A stretch of DNA of 64,000 nt. Source: Octopus vulgaris. Lineage: Eukaryota. Each line of letters begins with the position of its first letter. Position 1 is the stretch's first letter. The notes under the pieces were generated by a model. It saw nothing but the letters and a program-made list of their open reading frames with translations, was not told the DNA's origin and ran no database searches. The position numbers and the translations under genes are program-made. Below, one piece after another: positions 58,581 through 64,000 of this stretch. The stretch lies in contig OX597829.1 of NCBI GenBank assembly GCA_951406725.2, positions 14,632,001-14,696,000 of the forward strand, in the 5' to 3' direction.

Positions 58581-59730
58581 CAAAGGGTGCTTGGGCTAAA
58601 TTTAACAGCTTGCACAAAAGGAAAATGAAACCAAATATTCCCTCCAAAAGTAATAGCATTTTAAAAAACAAAAATAAATATGAACTATATTATAGCTGGG
58701 AGATAGTAATTTACTCAAAGTAGTCGCCCGCAGCTTCGACCATGGCCTCGAGACGATTCTGGAACCTGGCGTATGCGTTCCAGAATGTAGCTAGCAAGAT
58801 ATTTGAACACATCCTTTATCTTCGGCACCAGTTCGGCCTTGGTATTGCAAGCAGAGCAGTTGGTGTCTTTCTCAACCGCAACACACACACTGTAATCCAC
58901 GGGATTACAATCGAGGAAATTTGGAGACCAGAAATTGGGGCTGGTGAAGTCATAGAAATTCTCCGACAACCACATCTGTCACTTTCTTGAGGAATGGCAA
59001 GGGATTGAATATTGCTGCAGCACATATGGCCTTCCAGCAGCAACCCTCTATAGGCATGGATTGACCACAATCTCCAGCAGCTTCCCATAGCTCTCTGAAT
59101 TGATAATTTGACCCTATTCAAAGATGTGGAGCGGCATGATATTAGTTTCACTGAAAGCACACCCAAAGACCATTACAGTTTGTGAGAAATTGGTTACGTT
59201 GGACAAACCACCTTTTGTTCTGGGTGTTGTGCATATGCTCCTGGTAGTTCTTTTCACCTGAAAGGAACCAGATTGTCCACAGCTCATCGGGATGCCTAAA
59301 GTTGTTAAAGAGCTTTTCTCCCTTCCTCAAGCGATTCTCCTTGCATTGGCTGTTATAATTTGTCCTTTGCGTCTTTTGTACGAATGGCAGTGAAAGTTCT
59401 CGTTCGGATCTAGTTTCATGATGGCAATTCCAACACCCCTCTCTTTCACCAAATCCCAGACATCCTTGCTCAGATCTTCCATCACTGTGTCTTGCAGTTG
59501 TTGGATAAATTCCGGTGTTCGGGCGCAGTCAGAACGTCTGCTGTATCCGTTTCTGCTGGCCCCAACTTCGTTGTCTCCGCTGCATCTCTCCTATCACGTC
59601 TTACAGCTTTACAATGCTTACGGAGCATTGAGCAACAGCCACGAGATAGGCATTTTCATACTCGGCGTCAATCAACTTTATACAGGTGACTCTTTTTCAA
59701 TATTTAGATGGATTCTGGGTGGAAAACGGA
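58581..59730 (-). mobile_element. Tc1/mariner-superfamily (DD37D/maT-like) transposon, degraded
   Basis: WFLSGEKN..HNTQNKRW; AGRPYV; WLSENFYDFTSPNFWSPNFLDCNPVDYSV. Confidence 0.8.
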
Positions 59731-60161
59731 GAACAGACTTACCGTAATGTATATATGCTTCCACTACTCGTTGAATATTCTTGACTTTGTACTAACTCTA
59801 TCTGCTAACATTATTATGTAATTTCGAGACCCTAGAAACAACTGTTGGACCTGTAAAACTATACCTTCTATCCTGTCTTTATTCTGTGTAAATCTGCTCT
59901 TTAAGTATATAAACATCTATGAATGTTCATTGTCTGAATATTTCAGTCTTTGTTTCTCTCTATTTGGGTGTATATATATATGTATACTTTATATGTCAAG
60001 CCCAAGTTTGTTCATTTGCATCATTATCTCCACATCAGCGGACCTGAATTCCTCTTATAGCCTTACTTTACTTAGTCCTCGGCAAAGATTTTGGAGTGTA
60101 AGTTCAAATAATTTGATAGCTATTAAGAGTTTTCTCTATTGAGTATATTTGGATCTCAAAG

Positions 60162-60392
60162 GGCGGCGAGCTGGCAGAAATGTTAGCACGCCGGGCGGAA
60201 TGCTTAGCGGCATTTCGTCTGTCGTTAAGTTCTGACTTCAAATTCCGCCGAGGTCGACTTTACTTTTCATCGTTTCGGGGTCGATAAATAAAGTACCAGT
60301 TTCGCACTGGGGTCGATGTAATCGACTTAATCCGTTTGTCTGTCTTTGTTCGTCCCCTCTATGTTTAGCCCCTTGTGGGCAGTAAAGAAATA
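60162..60392 (+). mobile_element. SINE family C with TSD
   Basis: Flanked by tatatttggatctca on both sides. Confidence 0.92.
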
Positions 60393-60506
60393 TATATTTG
60401 GATCTCATCTTTTGACTCTTTCTTTCTCTCCCCTCTCCCTCTCGCCCTCACTCTTTCCCTCCCTCCATCTCTCCCCATCCACTCTTTTTCTCTCTCCTCC
60501 TTTCTC

Positions 60507-60540
<34 letters not shown>

Positions 60541-60953
60541 ATGTGTGTGTGTGTGTGTGTGTGTTTAGCTGTATGAAAAAGAACCCATTGACATATACAT
60601 ATACATGCAATGCATAACCACGCATACGCAAACAGCTATGTAAGTGTATACATGAACGTGATGTGTCTCTGATACCAACATCAACAGCAGCCACATCAAC
60701 AATAATAATAGTAAGAGTAATGATAAAAAGCTTAGATGTTTTTAATCACTTGAATGGATCTTTGCAGCAGTTTGGCTAAAGAGCTATGTGTTAGGACATA
60801 TCTGTATATCTTTTACTCCAATAATATATACACCCTATTTAATATTCTGTCTATACGATAACCGATGATTGCTATCTGGGCATTGTGGCGAAATATCATA
60901 TTTTCTGATAGCTAAAATGTCATCGAAGTGTATATATGCATATATATATATAT

Positions 60954-61038
<85 letters not shown>

Positions 61039-61246
61039 TGTATATATATATATTTGTGTGTGTGTGCGTATATGAGTGTACAGCATATAAACAATATAAA
61101 GTTTAAATATGTATATGAATAAATATATAAATGTCATAGAAAATTTATGTATGCACATACACACACACACGGACATACACACACATATCGCTGTGTATAA
61201 GCATATAAGCATAAATTGTATACTGCATCTATATACACTATACAAC

Positions 61247-61279
<33 letters not shown>

Positions 61280-61447
61280 AACTTTAGATATTCATATCAT
61301 ATACATGTAAAAGCAGGTATATAAACTTTAGATTCTTTAAGCTATATATCTTGTGTATATATATATATATATATATATACGTAAGCTATATATATGTATA
61401 TATATACATACACACACACACTCTCTCTCTCTCTCTCTCTGTCTGTA

Positions 61448-61479
<32 letters not shown>

Positions 61480-62211
61480 CACACACACACTTCACTATCC
61501 CTATAATCATTTTGTTGTCCATTATAGGCGTGGTTCTATGCTAAGAACCTCGTTTTGCCACTATGTGGTTTCTGTACCTGCTCCTCCCTCCTTGTTGTCG
61601 CACCTACTTCTCTTTCCCAGTTCTATAGTTTCCACCTTTCCTTTATTCAGGTAACTCCCAGCCCTCCATGTCAGCTAACTATTTCTCAACCATAAGTTCA
61701 ATCGTTAGTCACTTTATCGTCGTTGGCTGTTCACTAATACATCAAGTTGTTCCCGAATAAAATATGAGACAGGAAATCGGCAAATTTAATGCGAACAGCC
61801 TCTATAGCGTAAACATGTTTTGTAAACATTTAAAATCTTTAATATCCTTACAAAGCTTGCTGTATTTTACATGGAATATTTTGATCGTCCCAAGTCGCAT
61901 TGGTATATATGTCGACCTACCTTTATGGCATATAAATTTTGGACTGAAAATTCGACTTGTGTCGCGGAAAATACATACATACATAAAACACACACATACA
62001 CAAACACACACACTATCGAAGAATGGATTTAAGAAATCATCAGTTTTATACATCTTTTACAATCGTTTCATCACATTTCAATATAACCAATTTCATGTAA
62101 ATGTGTAACCCTGTTGGCAACTGTGGCTTAATTTTCACATGATATTGAGAATTTCCTTAATAGCACATTTTGAAAATGATACATAAGAATTTTGTGTAAA
62201 ATAATATGCTT

Positions 62212-62224
62212 ATACATACATATA

Positions 62225-62258
<34 letters not shown>

Positions 62259-62280
62259 CATACATACATACATACATACA

Positions 62281-62314
<34 letters not shown>

Positions 62315-62332
62315 CATGCATACATACATACA

Positions 62333-62366
<34 letters not shown>

Positions 62367-62392
62367 CATACATACATACATACATACATACA

Positions 62393-62425
<33 letters not shown>
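62212..62425. repeat. (TACA)n microsatellite
   Basis: Direct inspection. Confidence 0.95.
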
Positions 62426-62428
<3 letters not shown>

Positions 62429-63284
62429 TTGTATGTATGTATGTATATATACATACCAAATATATACGTTTTTATTATTATTTTGCAATTTACTTAATCA
62501 TCAGTATATTATTGTTATTTTATTTTTTATATTTCTATTATATGTAATTTTCTAGATGGTGTAATTTAATTGTTCATTTTGAATTGATAAAAGGTGTTTT
62601 TTTTCTAATTTTTATATATATTATATTTTGTGAAATTTGATTTAGTATTTCTAAATTGAATTTTTCCCTGTAAGTTAGGAATAATATTCCCTCAAATTAT
62701 ATATATATATAAATACATACTTTATTTTCTGATACTTAAATCGAAGTAATATATAGAGTAAACATGTGTAAACACTGAGACAACGTTGCTATCTTCCTGA
62801 ATCCTGCAGTATTTCACATGGAATTTTTTGTTCTTTAGAGTTGTATCGGTATATATACGTTTTGGTCTGAAAAATTTTGAGTTGTATACCAGAAAATGCA
62901 GTAGTTTAACTAGGACTATATTTTTAAATATGTGGTATAGTAATTAGAATTATTGGCTTATTTGTAGTTTAATCCCAGCTCAAGATAAACCAAGAAAATA
63001 TTATCAAACGTGTTCTACCTGTGACAACTTCTATTCAGTTTATTTTCCGGCATATTGTATAAACGCGTAGTGTAAACATTCCAACCTTGTCACTATCTTT
63101 CTAAATCCTGCTGCGTTTCATACGGAATTCTGATCCTCTAGAGTTGTTTTGGTGTATAAATTTATCTATTTTATTTATTTTAATAAATATTTGTTTGAAA
63201 AATTCGGTTTGTATGCTGGAAATTCCGGTATTAAGAAGTAATCGTATGTTGCCTATAAATGTAATTAATAATCACTTATATTAG

Positions 63285-63495
63285 GGCGGCGAACAGGCAG
63301 AATCGTTAGCAAGCCGGAGGGAAAATGCTTAGCGGCATTTCGTCTCTCTTTACGTTCGGAGTTCAAATCCCGCTGAGCTTGACTTTGTCTTTCATCCTTT
63401 TGAGTTCGATAAAATAAGTAGCTGTTTACCACCTGGATCGATGTAATCAACTTAACCCCATCCCGGACTTGCTGGCTTTGTGCCAACATTTGAAA
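63285..63495 (+). mobile_element. SINE family C variant with a different tail
   Basis: Head and core match; tail gctggctttgtgccaacatttgaaac; aataatcactt on both flanks. Confidence 0.8.
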
Positions 63496-63549
63496 CTAAT
63501 CACTTTTTGTTTATTTGAAACCAATAATCACTTTTTTTTTATTTTGCAG

Positions 63550-63717
63550 ATATACAAAAACTAAAGGCAATATTTCTAAAAACAAATCTGGACTGGAACA
63601 CAGTTGTACTTTGTTAAAACCTTTGTTAGAATCTTAATGACATTAGCACTAAACTTTACCAAATTCATCAGTGAAAAAATATCGGATCACTTGGGAAAAC
63701 TTTTACACTTTTAGAAG
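63550..63717 (+). other. Candidate non-coding exon
   Basis: T-rich tract + gcag acceptor, aag|gtaagt donor, next acceptor at 63887; stops in all three frames. Confidence 0.4.
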
Positions 63718-64000
63718 GTAAGTCTAAAAATTTCTAAGGCACTTGAAATACGTTTTCTTAAATGAATTTCATAGTTTTCACTTCTTTAGTGTTAAAGCTG
63801 TGCATACGAACATATGGAGGCAAATGTTGTGATTGAAAATATATTGTCCTAACACTGAATCGCTGGTTGGTGTCTCTCCTGTTTCAGATCTAGATTATTT
63901 CGTTTGTCCAAAACTAGCTGCAACCAAAACTCGCCTTGTTACGCTTTTTGACTCATTTGGTACATACTCCACCCACACACACACACATGAAGTACACACT

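Overview
Gene-poor, AT-rich eukaryotic intergenic or intronic DNA. It is most likely octopus/cephalopod, inferred from the SINE families and the extreme microsatellite load. I found no intact host protein-coding gene; most ORFs in the track are microsatellite artefacts. The window is a mosaic of decayed transposons: a Gypsy LTR+gag, several Penelope-like elements (PLEs), Tc1, mariner and DD37D-like DNA transposons, CR1-like, RTE, Tx1 and HERO-like LINE fragments, and three recurrent tRNA-derived SINE families. Two themes stand out. (1) There are several hammerhead ribozyme (HHR) motifs, including a short element that joins a tRNA-like Pol III head to a minimal HHR (24.7-25.0 kb) and a terminally redundant ~475-nt retrozyme-like unit. 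(2) Sequence has been copied locally several times: inverted 220-480 bp copies of nearby DNA sit at the 5' junctions of three unrelated truncated retroelements, one direct local copy is flanked by a TSD-like repeat, and there are two perfect snap-back hairpins. All alignments were done by eye.
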